The notes beneath the pieces are model-generated. The model ran no database searches. It saw only the letters and a program-made list of their open reading frames with translations, and was not told the DNA's origin. A program made the translations under genes and the position numbers. A stretch of 64,000 nucleotides of DNA from an uncultured Acidobacteriota bacterium (lineage in GTDB: Bacteria; Acidobacteriota; UBA6911), in contig CAWHCF010000023.1 in NCBI GenBank assembly GCA_963827655.1, positions 416,001 to 480,000 on the forward strand. The letters are read 5' to 3'. Shown in pieces: positions 1 to 10,410 of this stretch; the first letter of the stretch is position 1; every line of letters starts with the position of its first letter.

Positions 1-159
1 TCAGATTACGCCGAGGCATATAACAATCTGGGCAATCTTCTGGCTGAAAGCGGCGACCGGCGCGGGGCGGTCGAAGCCTACGAAAACTTCCTTCGATATT
101 GGCAGGGTGATGAAGGTGTGCGCCAGGCCGTACGCGAGGAAATCAACAAACTGAAATGA
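1..159 (+). CDS. C-terminal end of a TPR-repeat protein (partial, runs off the window start)
   Basis: Frame 1 reads SDYAEAYNNLGNLLAESGDRRGAVEAYENFL...KLK*, a typical TPR consensus (YAEAYNNLG); stop TGA at 157-159. Confidence 0.75.
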   Translation, partial: SDYAEAYNNLGNLLAESGDRRGAVEAYENFLRYWQGDEGVRQAVREEINKLK

Positions 160-178
160 CCTCCGTTAAGATTCTTGC

Positions 179-2131
179 GTGGCTTCGCGTCTCAGCGTCT
201 TCGCGGTTGGTTTTGTTCCTTCAGGATATCGAATGCCTGTGCTGCGCGCCGAGCTGCTGAAAGACCTCCTGCTCTGTGGGGCTATCGTCTGGCTTCTCTG
301 GGTGCCGCTGGGACGCTGGGCGCTGAGCCGTATCGGAAGAGGAAATCTTCCTGATCCGCAAGCCCTCGCCCTGCCTCTGGGAATGGGCGCCTGGGGTTAT
401 CTGATTTTGATCCTCGGCCTGGCCGGTGCGCTCTACAAGACCGTCCTGATTCTCATCGCCGCATTGCTGTTCCTCACCCTGAGGCTGCATCGTCACTGGA
501 AGCCGGTCAACCCGGAACTTGCAACAGCGCAGCTCTCGCGATTCGAGCGAATATTCGTCCTGGTCTTCACCGCGATTTCAGCAGCCTATTCGGGGCTGGT
601 TCTCGCATCGGCGCTCGCCCCCGAGGTCGCCTTCGATGCGCTCAATGTGCACCTGCCATATGCTCGCGACGCCGCAGCCTCACATCGGATAAGCTTCGCG
701 CCCAACAACTGGAACAGCTCGATGCCGGCCCTGCCGTTGATGTCTTATATCACCGCCTTTCTGATCTCAGGACTGCCGCTGGCGAAGCTGTTCAATGTCG
801 TCTGCTACCTGGCCTCCGGCGGCGTAACCTACTGGTTTGCCCGCCGATGGTGGAGTCCGCTTCACGGCGCGGCCGCCGCGCTTCTCGTCTGGAGTTCTCC
901 CGTCGCCTTGTACGAGGCTACGACCGCCCTCGTCGACCTTCCACTTACACTGTACTCGGCCGTCGCCGTGTTTTCGGTTCTCGAGTGGACACGCCGCCAG
1001 GAGTCGTCGTATCTCTGGCTCTCCGCGGCAACGCTGGGGCTGGCGTTGAGCTGCAAGTATCATGCGGCGCTCTGGTTCATTCCCATTCTCTTCATCCTCG
1101 CCTGGCACTGTCTGCGGGGGGGCACGCAAACGCCGCGGCAGTTCGCCCGGCTGGCTCTGGCTTACTCGCTGATTGCCGCAGCCGTTTTCCTTCCCTGGCT
1201 GGTCCGCACCTGGTACTACACGGGAAATCCAGTGTTCCCCGTAGCGAATTCCTTCTTCGCCAGCCCATACTTCACGCCGGCGATGGAGAAAGCGGCTCTT
1301 GCGATGTACGACAACGAAGGTGTGGGCCGTTCCTGGCAGGCGCTCGCTCAGCTTCCCTGGACTGTCACTTTTCATCCCGGTCCATTTCGTGGCAACCTCG
1401 GAGTGCTCTTTCTTCCGGGAGTTGTTCTGGCTCTCGTCCGCGGGAAAACCCCTCAGATCCGTTTCGGATTGGCGCTGGCCGGAGCATACTTTTATCTCTG
1501 GGCCCTCACGCTGCAGGAAATCCGCTACCTGCTGCCCCTGGCCCCCCTCCTGTCGGTGTTGACATCGTTCGGACTCCTGGGAAACAACCCGGCGACCGCG
1601 CAGTCCAGGCCAAGACTCGCGTACGCCGGTCTTGTCCTGATTCTGTGCGCATCCGTCATGAGCTTCCCCTCGGTTTATCCACTCTGGACGAAAGAATGGA
1701 CGTACTGGCACAGTTATCAATCGCCGCTCTCCTATCTCCTGGGCCGAGAGACCCGGCAGGACTTCATGCGCCGGGACGTCCCCTCGGTCTACGTTTACGA
1801 CTTCATCAACGAAAAGCTCGCGGCGCCGGACCGGATCTTGTTGTTGAACGACGCCTCGCAGTTCTACTCCCGGGTCCCAACGCTGTACTCGTATACCGTG
1901 GAGGGGGAAGAAATCTTGCTGCAGGAAACAGCGGACGGCGTCGTGCGCAAGCTGAAGGAATCGGGTATTACCCACGTGCTGCTGAACTACAACGACATTG
2001 CTCCATTGCCCGGAGTGGTTCCCAGGCAGGGTGTATATTTCTTCCTGGACCGCACGTTCCAGGAAAAGCACCTGCGAGCTATTTATTCCAGCAACAATGT
2101 AGTCTTGTATCGATTGGCGAATGACGATTGA
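179..2131 (+). CDS. Polytopic membrane glycosyltransferase-like protein (ArnT/PMT, GT-C fold); true start may be ATG 233
   Basis: 650-aa ORF with many TM helices and motifs FDALNVHLP, YEATTALVDL, LSCKY, PWLVRTWYYTGNPVFP, RYLLP. Confidence 0.7.
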   Translation: MASRLSVFAVGFVPSGYRMPVLRAELLKDLLLCGAIVWLLWVPLGRWALSRIGRGNLPDPQALALPLGMGAWGYLILILGLAGALYKTVLILIAALLFLTLRLHRHWKPVNPELATAQLSRFERIFVLVFTAISAAYSGLVLASALAPEVAFDALNVHLPYARDAAASHRISFAPNNWNSSMPALPLMSYITAFLISGLPLAKLFNVVCYLASGGVTYWFARRWWSPLHGAAAALLVWSSPVALYEATTALVDLPLTLYSAVAVFSVLEWTRRQESSYLWLSAATLGLALSCKYHAALWFIPILFILAWHCLRGGTQTPRQFARLALAYSLIAAAVFLPWLVRTWYYTGNPVFPVANSFFASPYFTPAMEKAALAMYDNEGVGRSWQALAQLPWTVTFHPGPFRGNLGVLFLPGVVLALVRGKTPQIRFGLALAGAYFYLWALTLQEIRYLLPLAPLLSVLTSFGLLGNNPATAQSRPRLAYAGLVLILCASVMSFPSVYPLWTKEWTYWHSYQSPLSYLLGRETRQDFMRRDVPSVYVYDFINEKLAAPDRILLLNDASQFYSRVPTLYSYTVEGEEILLQETADGVVRKLKESGITHVLLNYNDIAPLPGVVPRQGVYFFLDRTFQEKHLRAIYSSNNVVLYRLANDD

Positions 2132-2249
2132 CGATTGGCAGACTCAGGATCACGAAACCCTTGGTGGGCGCCGGCCGCTTGTGGCATAATCCGACTATCC
2201 CTGGTCTCAATCTCAGCCAACGACATTGCCTGTTGAACGGAGGAAGTTC

Positions 2250-5200
2250 ATGCGCAAGATGCTCATTCTCGCCGCAATGTTTGCCGCCGCGGCGTCATGC
2301 TACGCCCAGACGCCTGACGGCCGCATCTCAGGCATCGTGACCGACTCGACGGGTGCTGTCGTCCCTGGGGTCGAGATCGAGGTGACAAGCGAGGATACGG
2401 GCAACCGGGTCTCGTCTATCTCCGACGACCAGGGGCGGTATATCGTTCCCCGCGTACCGCCCGGGCGCTGGCGCGTGACGGCCAAGCTGACCGGCTTCCG
2501 CGGTTACCAGCGCACGCCGGTCGTGGTCGGAACGGCCGAGCATCTCGAGATTGACATCCGGCTCGAGGTCGGCGAAGTGACCGAGACCGTGACGGTCAGC
2601 GGCGCGGCTCCACTCCTCGAGACCAACACCTCCGACATCAGCCAGCTCATCGAGTCGAAGAACGTGACCGACCTCCCGCTCAACGGGCGGCGCGCAATCA
2701 GCATCGCCGCCGTGGTGCCGGCCACCGTCTGGGTAAACTACTCCGGCAACGCCAAGCCGAACTTCAGCCTCGCCGGTGGGCGGACCCAGAGCCAGGTCTT
2801 CTGGATCGACGGCGGCAACGGCCAGAACATGAGGCTCGGCGTCGGCCAGATCGACAGCGACCCGCCGGTCGAAGTCGTGCGCGAGTTCCGCATCCTCTCG
2901 AACAACTACTCGGCCGAGTACGGCGGCTCGGCCGGAGGGCTGATCATCCTGACGACCAAGTCAGGAACCAACGAGTTCCACGGCAGCCTCTTCGAATACC
3001 TGCGCAACGACGCCTTCGACGCGGCCAACTTCTTTGCGCCCATCGACTCGACGACAGGCGACAAAAGCAAGGCCCCGCTCCGGTACAACCTGTTCGGCGG
3101 GACCGCCGGCGGCCCGATCGTGCGCAACCGAACCCACTTCTTTGCGGGGTACGAAGGGACGCGCCAACGCGTCGGGAGCACCGAGATCCTGACTGTCCCC
3201 ACGGCGCTCGAACGCGCCGGCGACTTTTCCCAGACCCGCAACGCTGCGGGGGCTGTGATACCGATCTACGATCCCTCGACGACCCGCACCGAAGCGGGCC
3301 GGACCGTTCGTGACCGCTTCCCGGACAACCGCATTCCCCAGGGGCGGCTCGACCCGGTTGCGCTCAAGATCCTTAACTTTTACCCGGTTCCGAACCGGCC
3401 CGCGACAAATCTCGCCGGGGCCAACAACTTCGCCGGCAACTGGACCGAGCGGTTCGACCGGGACAATGTCACGGCTCGGGTCGACCACGTCCTTTCGGAC
3501 AAGGACAAGGTCTACGCCCGCTACATCTTCAACGAAGATCCGCTGTCGAACACCACGGTGCTCCCGGACCCGCGCACGAACACGCGCAACTTCAGCGACC
3601 GGTTCCAGCACAACATCCTGGGCACATGGAGCCGGACCCTGTCGCCCCGCTGGCTGAACGAGCTGCGCTACACCTTCGCGACCCGCCGGTTCCACAACCG
3701 CAGCGAGGGGCTCGAAGGCAACTGGGATCAGGAGCTCGGCCTGAGCGGCATCTCCGGCGAGGCCTTCCCGCAGTTCACGGTGGCGGGAATCGCGACACTG
3801 GGATCGGGCACCCACGAGCGTCGACAGTTCCCGATTCGGCAGCACCAGCTGATCGAGAGCGTCACGGTGATCCAAGGCAATCATGCGCTGAAGTTCGGGA
3901 CCGAGTTGCGGAAGTCGACGAACTTCGAGGTCCTTCGCACTTCGATCTCGGGCCAGTTCAACTTCGGGGCCCAGCCCACGGGGTTGCCGGGAACCGGCGG
4001 AACCGGGTTTGGCTTCGCCAGCCTGCTCGTCGGGTTTCCGAACTCGTTTACGCTGCGCGAGACCGAGCCCCTGATCCGCGATAGCTGGTATCTGTCCGGG
4101 TATGTCCAGGACGACTGGAAGGTGAGACCGAACCTGACGCTCAACCTCGGGCTGCGATGGGAGACCGACACACCGATGGTCGATCGGAACCAGCGCATGA
4201 ACGGCTTCGATGCGGTGCCGATCAACCCGGTATCGGGCACGCCCGGCGTCGTTCGCTTCGCCGGACAGGATGGCTGGCCGAACCGGCTGGCTGATCCCGA
4301 CTGGAACAACTTCGGTCCGCGGTTCGGACTGGCCTGGCGGCCGTTCGGCCGCCAGAAGACCGTGATCCGGGCCGGATTCGGAGTCTTCTTCGCGCATCCC
4401 TACGACGCCGGCGTTCCCAACCAGGCCTCGCTCGGGTTCGAGAAGTCCGCCAGCCTCCAGACGCCGGACAACGGCATCACCGCGCCCTTTCTGCTCGCCA
4501 ACGGAGTGCCGCCGGTCCAGCTCACCGGCGCCGAGCGGAATGCGGGCTTCGGCGCCGTGGAGGTCGGGAGGCCGACGACCACCAATGTCACTTTTTTCGA
4601 GCCGGGCCGAAGGACTGGTTACTCGCAGCAGTTCAACCTGGGGGTGCAACACGAGCTGTTCGGCGTTCTGGTCGAGGCGGGCTATCTTGGGAATCTTTCG
4701 CGGAAGCTCGCCAACGACAATGTGACGCTTAACCAGATTCCTACCGAGAGGATGGGACCGGCAGCAACCCAGCGCGACCGGCCTTTCCCACAGTTTTCGA
4801 ACGTGACGCTGCAGCGGCCGAGCTTCGCCGTGACGGACTACCACGCCGGGTTTGCAAAAGTCGAGCGGCGGTTCTCTGGCGGAGTAAGCTTCCTCGCGAG
4901 CTACACCTGGGCGAAGAACGTCGGCAACGCGGGTCCCGGCAGCGATGGCCTCGGCGATACCCAGCCGTACCAGGACTACTACAACCGGCGCCTGGATAAG
5001 GGCCCGAGCGAGCTCGACATCAACCACAGGTTCACCTGGAGCTCGGTCTACGAGCTTCCGTTCGGGGCCGGCCGCCGCTGGCTGGCCACCAATCCCCTTC
5101 GGCACCTGGTCGGCGGCTGGTCGCTCGGCTCGATTGCCGTGCTTCAGAGCGCGCCGCCGATGTCGCTCTGGACACAGACCAACACGACCAGCGCGTTCTC

Positions 5201-5555
5201 GGCCGGAGCGCAGCGGGTGAATCTCCTGCGCGACCCCAACCTGCCGGCTTCGGAACGCACCGTTGATCGCTGGTTCGACACCGACGCGGTCGTCGCGCCC
5301 CCAGCTTTCACCTTCGGAAGCGCCGGCAACGGCATCGTCCGGGCCGACGGGAAGGTGAACTTCGATTTCTCGCTGATCAAGAACTTCTCGTTTTCGGAGC
5401 AACGCGTCGTTCAGGTGCGGGTTGAAACGTTCAATTCGTTCAATCACCCGAACTTCGATCTGCCCGGGCGAGCTCTCGGCGGACCGGGTTTCGGAGTGAT
5501 CTCAAGCGCCGACCCGGGCCGAATCATCCAGTTCGGCGTGCGCGTGGCTTTTTAA
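2250..5555 (+). CDS. TonB-dependent receptor-like outer-membrane protein with N-terminal carboxypeptidase-regulatory-like domain
   Basis: Signal peptide after RBS GGAGG; GIVTDSTGAVVPG, LPLNGR, YSAEYG, TKSGTNEFHGSLFEYLRN, QDDWKV..LTLNLGLRWE; C-terminal Phe. Confidence 0.9.
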   Translation: MRKMLILAAMFAAAASCYAQTPDGRISGIVTDSTGAVVPGVEIEVTSEDTGNRVSSISDDQGRYIVPRVPPGRWRVTAKLTGFRGYQRTPVVVGTAEHLEIDIRLEVGEVTETVTVSGAAPLLETNTSDISQLIESKNVTDLPLNGRRAISIAAVVPATVWVNYSGNAKPNFSLAGGRTQSQVFWIDGGNGQNMRLGVGQIDSDPPVEVVREFRILSNNYSAEYGGSAGGLIILTTKSGTNEFHGSLFEYLRNDAFDAANFFAPIDSTTGDKSKAPLRYNLFGGTAGGPIVRNRTHFFAGYEGTRQRVGSTEILTVPTALERAGDFSQTRNAAGAVIPIYDPSTTRTEAGRTVRDRFPDNRIPQGRLDPVALKILNFYPVPNRPATNLAGANNFAGNWTERFDRDNVTARVDHVLSDKDKVYARYIFNEDPLSNTTVLPDPRTNTRNFSDRFQHNILGTWSRTLSPRWLNELRYTFATRRFHNRSEGLEGNWDQELGLSGISGEAFPQFTVAGIATLGSGTHERRQFPIRQHQLIESVTVIQGNHALKFGTELRKSTNFEVLRTSISGQFNFGAQPTGLPGTGGTGFGFASLLVGFPNSFTLRETEPLIRDSWYLSGYVQDDWKVRPNLTLNLGLRWETDTPMVDRNQRMNGFDAVPINPVSGTPGVVRFAGQDGWPNRLADPDWNNFGPRFGLAWRPFGRQKTVIRAGFGVFFAHPYDAGVPNQASLGFEKSASLQTPDNGITAPFLLANGVPPVQLTGAERNAGFGAVEVGRPTTTNVTFFEPGRRTGYSQQFNLGVQHELFGVLVEAGYLGNLSRKLANDNVTLNQIPTERMGPAATQRDRPFPQFSNVTLQRPSFAVTDYHAGFAKVERRFSGGVSFLASYTWAKNVGNAGPGSDGLGDTQPYQDYYNRRLDKGPSELDINHRFTWSSVYELPFGAGRRWLATNPLRHLVGGWSLGSIAVLQSAPPMSLWTQTNTTSAFSAGAQRVNLLRDPNLPASERTVDRWFDTDAVVAPPAFTFGSAGNGIVRADGKVNFDFSLIKNFSFSEQRVVQVRVETFNSFNHPNFDLPGRALGGPGFGVISSADPGRIIQFGVRVAF

Positions 5556-5814
5556 AACACGGCCTCGGGGAATGCCGCATTCCGGACTCTAACAGAAGAA
5601 TCGGCAACACAGTTGCCTCGATCAGCCAGGCGGATTCAAAGCTGGCCCTTGGGCCTCCCCACACCGGGTCCGATCGACAAGACCCGGTCATCACGGTGCC
5701 AATTCAACTGTTACCACTCCACCGGTCATCGAATGAATTCACGACTCACGACTGTGCAGATCGGTGAACAGCGACCGGGGATTCAATCGTCAATCGTCAA
5801 TTGAGATTAATCCG

Positions 5815-6381
5815 GTGACGAAAGAGCATTACACCTGGTTCGACCGCTGGGTCGCCGGCATGCGCTACCGCGCGGCCGAGAAATACATTACACCGGACAG
5901 CAGGGTGTGTGATGTCGGCTGCGGAGTCGATGCGCTCTTCCTCAAGAAACTCGTCCCGCTAACTCGATGCCGGGTTGGGCTCGACTACCAGGAAATCACG
6001 GAAAAGGTTCCGGGCACGGAGTTTTTCAAGGTTGATGTCACAGGGGCATTTCCGCTGCGGGATGCCGCTTTCGATCACGTGACCTTGCTGGCGGTAATCG
6101 AGCATTTGACAGACCCGAGTCTGGTTTTCAAAGAAACCTACCGCGTGCTGGCGCCCGGAGGCTCGCTGATCGTGACCTGGCCTCACGCCTGGGTAGATCA
6201 GATTCTGATTGTGCTTTGGAAAATCGGCCTGGTGAGCCCGACCACCGAGTTCCACAAACATCAGCCCCGCAAGCCCGCCGCTTATTGTACGAAGCTGCTG
6301 CGAGACCTGGGCTTTGTCGAGATCAGGCACAGCACTTTCGAGTTCGGTCTGAACAACCTGCTGGTAGCCGTCAAGCCGTGA
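5815..6381 (+). CDS. Class I SAM-dependent methyltransferase (start uncertain; ORF extends to 5764)
   Basis: VCDVGCG motif I, FDHVTLLAVIEHL, RVLAPGG. Confidence 0.8.
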   Translation: MTKEHYTWFDRWVAGMRYRAAEKYITPDSRVCDVGCGVDALFLKKLVPLTRCRVGLDYQEITEKVPGTEFFKVDVTGAFPLRDAAFDHVTLLAVIEHLTDPSLVFKETYRVLAPGGSLIVTWPHAWVDQILIVLWKIGLVSPTTEFHKHQPRKPAAYCTKLLRDLGFVEIRHSTFEFGLNNLLVAVKP

Positions 6382-6399
6382 TCGATCACGCCGGTGCCG

Positions 6400-6635
6400 T
6401 CAGCTGCGAATTTCATTGCGCGGCACCAGCGGCGGCACTCTTGGAGGGCGCGCTTCGCTCCAGGCGAAGATTGCTTCGCCTTGCATCAGCACGGCTTTGA
6501 CATCGACAACGATGCCTACTTAGGGCTTGCGTTGAACTCTACTCGTGGCACATTCTGGCCTCTTTTGACTCCGGTATTCAGGCCTTTGCATCGGCACAAC
6601 GAAGCTCTGCGCTGGAGATCGTGCCGGTCAAGTGA
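6400..6635 (+). pseudogene. Degraded PIN-domain (VapC-like) toxin remnant
   Basis: Joining frames gives HRQ / DAYLGLAL / ILASFDSGIQAF...ALEIVPVK*, resembling the C-terminus of PIN toxins (HRQVTDAYLLxLA...LATFDxGI); needs at least 2 frameshifts. Confidence 0.4.
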
Positions 6636-6750
6636 AGGGCAACCGGATCCCCGGCTTGGGTGGGCCAGACCAGCGCGTCTCGATCCGTCGGTGGGCCGCC
6701 GCAATCGTCGGGACTTCTATCCGCCCGAAGCCGCAAAAATCGCCCGTTCC

Positions 6751-8370
6751 CTATCGGTTTCCCACGCGCTGAATTGACGGACCGCTGGAGGTGAAAGATA
6801 ACACCACTCCGACTCGATTCTGCACGGCGGTGGCCTGGTCCGGTGCGGCGCGTGGGAAGAGAAACAATTCCTCGAAGGCACGTTGAAGGGGTGTGGACGG
6901 AAAAACCAACTGAGGATAGATTCCATGCACATGCCACAGCGGAAGAATTGCCTGGGGATCCGGAGTGACCACGGCGATTCGTTGCCCATAGGGAAGCTGG
7001 TCCAGGGCCTGGTGATACGGTAGCCATTGCGCGCGGTAAAAACCGGCATCCTGGCGGCGTGTGTCCACGTAGAAACCGATAGCCGCGCCGTGCAATATCA
7101 GAACAACCAGCGCGCCCACCCAGAATCGACGGCGCTCGCTGTTCCTGGTCACACGCGCAACCCACTCCCAGATCAGGTATCCCATAAAGATTGAGGCCAG
7201 AGCGAGCGGGATGAAATAGTAATGAAAGCTCGCCCGGTGGATCAGGACCGGCGCCATCAGCACCCAGTAGGCAGCGAGCCAGGCGATTCGGCTGCGACTC
7301 CCCGGGTGTATCCTGAGATACATGATCAGTCCCAGCAAGGCGCATACAAGAAAGAGGCATTCTGCCAGGGCAAACATCCCCTCATAGGTGGAACCCATGG
7401 TGTAAAGCTTCAGAAAAACCGGCACTCGGCTCGCGAGGTAGGCCGGGGTGCGTTCGATCGCCTTGAGATAGTCAGGCGCAATCGCACCGGGCGCATCGGA
7501 AGCCGCCGAGTCGCGACCCGGCATATACTCGTATGAGAAGCGGGCAAAGACGGGCCAGTTCATCTGCAGACTTCCCACCCACAGAGCCAAGCCGGCGCCG
7601 GCGGCGAACAGAGCGGCCATCGGCAGGCGGCTCCTCAGCCGGCGAGGGATCGCGTCGTCCCGGGCGTGTTTTTCGAAAAGGATCTGAAAGAAAACAAAAG
7701 GAATCAGCAGCCCTGCCAGGTGAATCTTCGTGTAAAAGGCCGCCGCCGCGCACAACGCGGCGGAAACTGCGGACAGGTAAGCCTTGCCGCGTTCCCCGGC
7801 CGCCGCGTGTTCCTGTAAATTCCAGACTGAGATGATTGTTCCCAGGAAAAAAACCACCAGGAGAGGTTCAGGGGAGATCCGGCTCAGGAAGAAAAGAGTG
7901 GGAAACGAGGTCGCATAGGCCAGCACTGCCAGCAGGCAGGCCGACCGGTCAGGCAATAGTCTGCGCGCGAAACGATACAACACGTAAAAAGACAAGACAT
8001 GCAGGGCGGTCACGGCGACTTCACAGATGAAAAAGAGCCAGTGGATGTTCTTCGCGATGAAAGGTTCAAAAGCGACACTCTCGCCAAAAAACGAATGCCC
8101 AACGTGAAACCCGCGCAGGATAAGGTGCACGAAGAGCTGCAGAGTCAACCCTGGATGTCCGAAGGATGAGCGATCGGCACCGAAAAAGTGAACGGCGGCG
8201 CCGAAATAGAATCCCCCCGGATCCCCGTGATGCCAGAACGGAACATCGAAGACGTAGTTGGTCCAGAAACCACACGGTGCCAGATAACTGGTTATGGCAG
8301 AGGAAACCAGCAGAGTGGCGGTCAGCGCCGGCCAGAAGCCGCGCGCAGGACCAGCGTCTTTAGATCTCAT
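6751..8370 (-). CDS. Polytopic membrane protein, GT-C glycosyltransferase-like
   Basis: 539 aa with multiple TM helices; GDPGGFY, GHPGLTLQ, SPEPL, FYTKIH. Confidence 0.55.
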   Translation of the reverse strand: MRSKDAGPARGFWPALTATLLVSSAITSYLAPCGFWTNYVFDVPFWHHGDPGGFYFGAAVHFFGADRSSFGHPGLTLQLFVHLILRGFHVGHSFFGESVAFEPFIAKNIHWLFFICEVAVTALHVLSFYVLYRFARRLLPDRSACLLAVLAYATSFPTLFFLSRISPEPLLVVFFLGTIISVWNLQEHAAAGERGKAYLSAVSAALCAAAAFYTKIHLAGLLIPFVFFQILFEKHARDDAIPRRLRSRLPMAALFAAGAGLALWVGSLQMNWPVFARFSYEYMPGRDSAASDAPGAIAPDYLKAIERTPAYLASRVPVFLKLYTMGSTYEGMFALAECLFLVCALLGLIMYLRIHPGSRSRIAWLAAYWVLMAPVLIHRASFHYYFIPLALASIFMGYLIWEWVARVTRNSERRRFWVGALVVLILHGAAIGFYVDTRRQDAGFYRAQWLPYHQALDQLPYGQRIAVVTPDPQAILPLWHVHGIYPQLVFPSTPLQRAFEELFLFPRAAPDQATAVQNRVGVVLSFTSSGPSIQRVGNR

Positions 8371-8426
8371 GTTTTGGACTATTCGTGGTTAATGCTGTGA
8401 AACAAGCCCACCACGAAGACGCGAAG

Positions 8427-9530
8427 CTATCGGAGCTTGATCGTGTCGATCGTGACGATATCCCAGTACGAGTACAGCTGATTTGTGCTGAAGTTCTTGA
8501 GGAACGGCTTCGCCCACTGGAGGATCTGCGTGAATGCGTAGCCTGGAACCGCGTCCGGGTGAGGAATTCGATTGCTCCAGTAGGCGCGAATAAAAACCGA
8601 ATTCTCGTGCAGGGGCAGTTCCCGGGCATTCTCCAGGAACTGTCCCCAACCCAGGTTGCGCACCAGATACTGCTCAACGTTGGAGGTGTAAAAGACCGTC
8701 ACTTTCTCGTCCCGTTCTTTCAAGAACCGGCCGATTTCCCTCAACGAGTGCGATCCCGCGAAGTCTCCGACTACAGGAATGATTCGATTCTCTTCCTGCA
8801 TTCGTTTCAGGTACCTGAACTCTTGCGCGCTGTTCAGAAAATTCTGTTTCCGCCCGTCGAGGTCGCTTTCCAGCAGAAACTCGCCGTAGGTCGGCACCGG
8901 AATATAGTCGTACTTGATGGAGAGTCCTCGCAGAGAGAATGCCCTGTGAATCTTGTCAATGGTGGCCATGTCCTGGTCGGTCAAATTCAACCGGCAGGCA
9001 TTCTTGAGGAACAGGCGAATGCGGGCTTGATTCCTCGAGTACAGGATGGAGTCGGGGCTGGCGGTGCGAAAATACTCGACCAGATCATCGACCGTGTATC
9101 CGTCCTTCGGCAGTTTGTTGCCGTGCATGGGACGACTCAGGAGCATCGAGAGATACTCTCGCCGGTCGCGCGCGTAGTGGAACAACGCCTTGAACAGGAG
9201 ATGCTCGAGGAAGTTCTGCCGCCGAATATCGATGATGAATGCATAACGCGGTTTGAGCTTGGCAATGTAAGTGAAGTTCTGGTTTGGCCCGACGCCCAGG
9301 TAAACACCGCCCTGGATTCCAAGCTCCCGCAGCTTCCCAAGCGGATGCAAGTAGGAGGCTTCGTTGGAAACATAGTTGTCGTTCCAGAAATATCCACTCT
9401 CCTCATTGACACGCTGGATCAGTTGAGCGAATTGGCTCGCCGTGAAGGGAGGGGCCTCGTGTTCCGAGGACAGGACCGGTAGCGTTAGGAGAGCCAGGAT
9501 CCAAAGGAGCCCGGCACGGGAGAATTTCAT
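8427..9530 (-). CDS. Conserved uncharacterised exported protein
   Basis: 367-aa ORF with signal peptide; motifs YVSNE, GGVYLGVGPNQNFTYI, PVVGDFAG, FYTSNVEQYL; function not assignable. Confidence 0.7.
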   Translation of the reverse strand: MKFSRAGLLWILALLTLPVLSSEHEAPPFTASQFAQLIQRVNEESGYFWNDNYVSNEASYLHPLGKLRELGIQGGVYLGVGPNQNFTYIAKLKPRYAFIIDIRRQNFLEHLLFKALFHYARDRREYLSMLLSRPMHGNKLPKDGYTVDDLVEYFRTASPDSILYSRNQARIRLFLKNACRLNLTDQDMATIDKIHRAFSLRGLSIKYDYIPVPTYGEFLLESDLDGRKQNFLNSAQEFRYLKRMQEENRIIPVVGDFAGSHSLREIGRFLKERDEKVTVFYTSNVEQYLVRNLGWGQFLENARELPLHENSVFIRAYWSNRIPHPDAVPGYAFTQILQWAKPFLKNFSTNQLYSYWDIVTIDTIKLR

Positions 9531-9554
9531 CTATGAGGTTTTACCAGGAAAATT

Positions 9555-9679
9555 GGTGACAGGCTACGCTTTTCCCCATTTCAATGCCGCACAGAAGGAC
9601 TTCAGCGAAAGGCCACGCATTCAGTTTAGCCGGCCCTCAGGGTGACCGGTTGAAATTGGGAAAAGCGTAGCCTGTCACC
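9555..9679. repeat. MITE/REPIN-like element with 30-bp inverted repeats
   Basis: GGTGACAGGCTACGCTTTTCCCCATTTCAA (9555-9584) matches the reverse complement of 9650-9679 with 1 mismatch; 65-bp spacer. Confidence 0.8.
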
Positions 9680-9709
9680 TTGTAATGATGTAGCCTTCTG
9701 AAGTCTACG

Positions 9710-10351
9710 ATGCGCATTCCACTTCACACGCGGGCCCTGAAAGTTGCGGCATTAATCGTGGCTCTTCTGGTCGCTGCTTGCGCCCGGAAGCCGGCCGAGG
9801 AGAAGGCAAAGCTCGACCCCCTGGTCGAAGAAAGGAGGCAAAGGGACCTTGCTTTCAAATCCGGTCCCGAATCCCCCCTCCGCGACGAGGACAAGTCGCG
9901 CTTTGTGGCGCTGAACTACTACGACGCCAACCCTGAATTGCGTTTCCAGGCTGTCCTGCATCGGCATCCGACGCCGCAAACCATACGGATAGCAACCAAT
10001 ACCACTGAAGAACGATATGCTCTGCGCTACGGCTATTTCGAGTTTCAGGTCGAAGGCCAAACCTGCAGATTGCAGGTCTATCGGATGCTCGATGACCCGC
10101 CGCCGGGCCAGGCAATGCTATTTGTGCCCTTCCGTGATCAAACTTCGGGGCGGGAAAGCTATGGAGGCGGACGATACATCGACCTGCGTGAGAATACCTC
10201 GGGGATTTATGACCTCGATTTCAACCGTGCCTACAATCCCTCCTGCGCCTATGGAAAGGACTACAGCTGTCCGGTTCCACCGAGAGAGAACACGCTCGCT
10301 GTTCCCATCCGAGCCGGTGAGAAGAAGTACTCGCTTGCGGAAGTCCACTAA
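9710..10351 (+). CDS. DUF1684 family protein (probable lipoprotein)
   Basis: LVAAC lipobox; LFVPFRDQTSGRESYGGGRYID, LDFNRAYNPSCAY, CPVPPREN. Confidence 0.85.
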   Translation: MRIPLHTRALKVAALIVALLVAACARKPAEEKAKLDPLVEERRQRDLAFKSGPESPLRDEDKSRFVALNYYDANPELRFQAVLHRHPTPQTIRIATNTTEERYALRYGYFEFQVEGQTCRLQVYRMLDDPPPGQAMLFVPFRDQTSGRESYGGGRYIDLRENTSGIYDLDFNRAYNPSCAYGKDYSCPVPPRENTLAVPIRAGEKKYSLAEVH

Positions 10352-10356
10352 CCTTC

Positions 10357-10409
10357 CGATTTACGATTGACGATTGACGATTGACGATTTATTGACGATT
10401 GACGATTGA
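10357..10409. repeat. Tandem heptamer array (CGATTGA)n
   Basis: About 7 imperfect copies of CGATTGA/CGATTTA directly before the GTG at 10411. Confidence 0.9.
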
Positions 10410-10410
10410 A

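Noticed and set aside
2961-5447. Long antisense ORFs (e.g. 828 aa here; also 767-2071, 21264-22535, 51575-53077, 61691-63277)
   Set aside because: Shadow frames of well-supported genes in GC-rich DNA; no recognisable motifs
10357-10409. Heptamer and 9-mer arrays as CRISPR arrays
   Set aside because: Units are 7-9 bp and tandem with no unique spacers, and no cas genes are present
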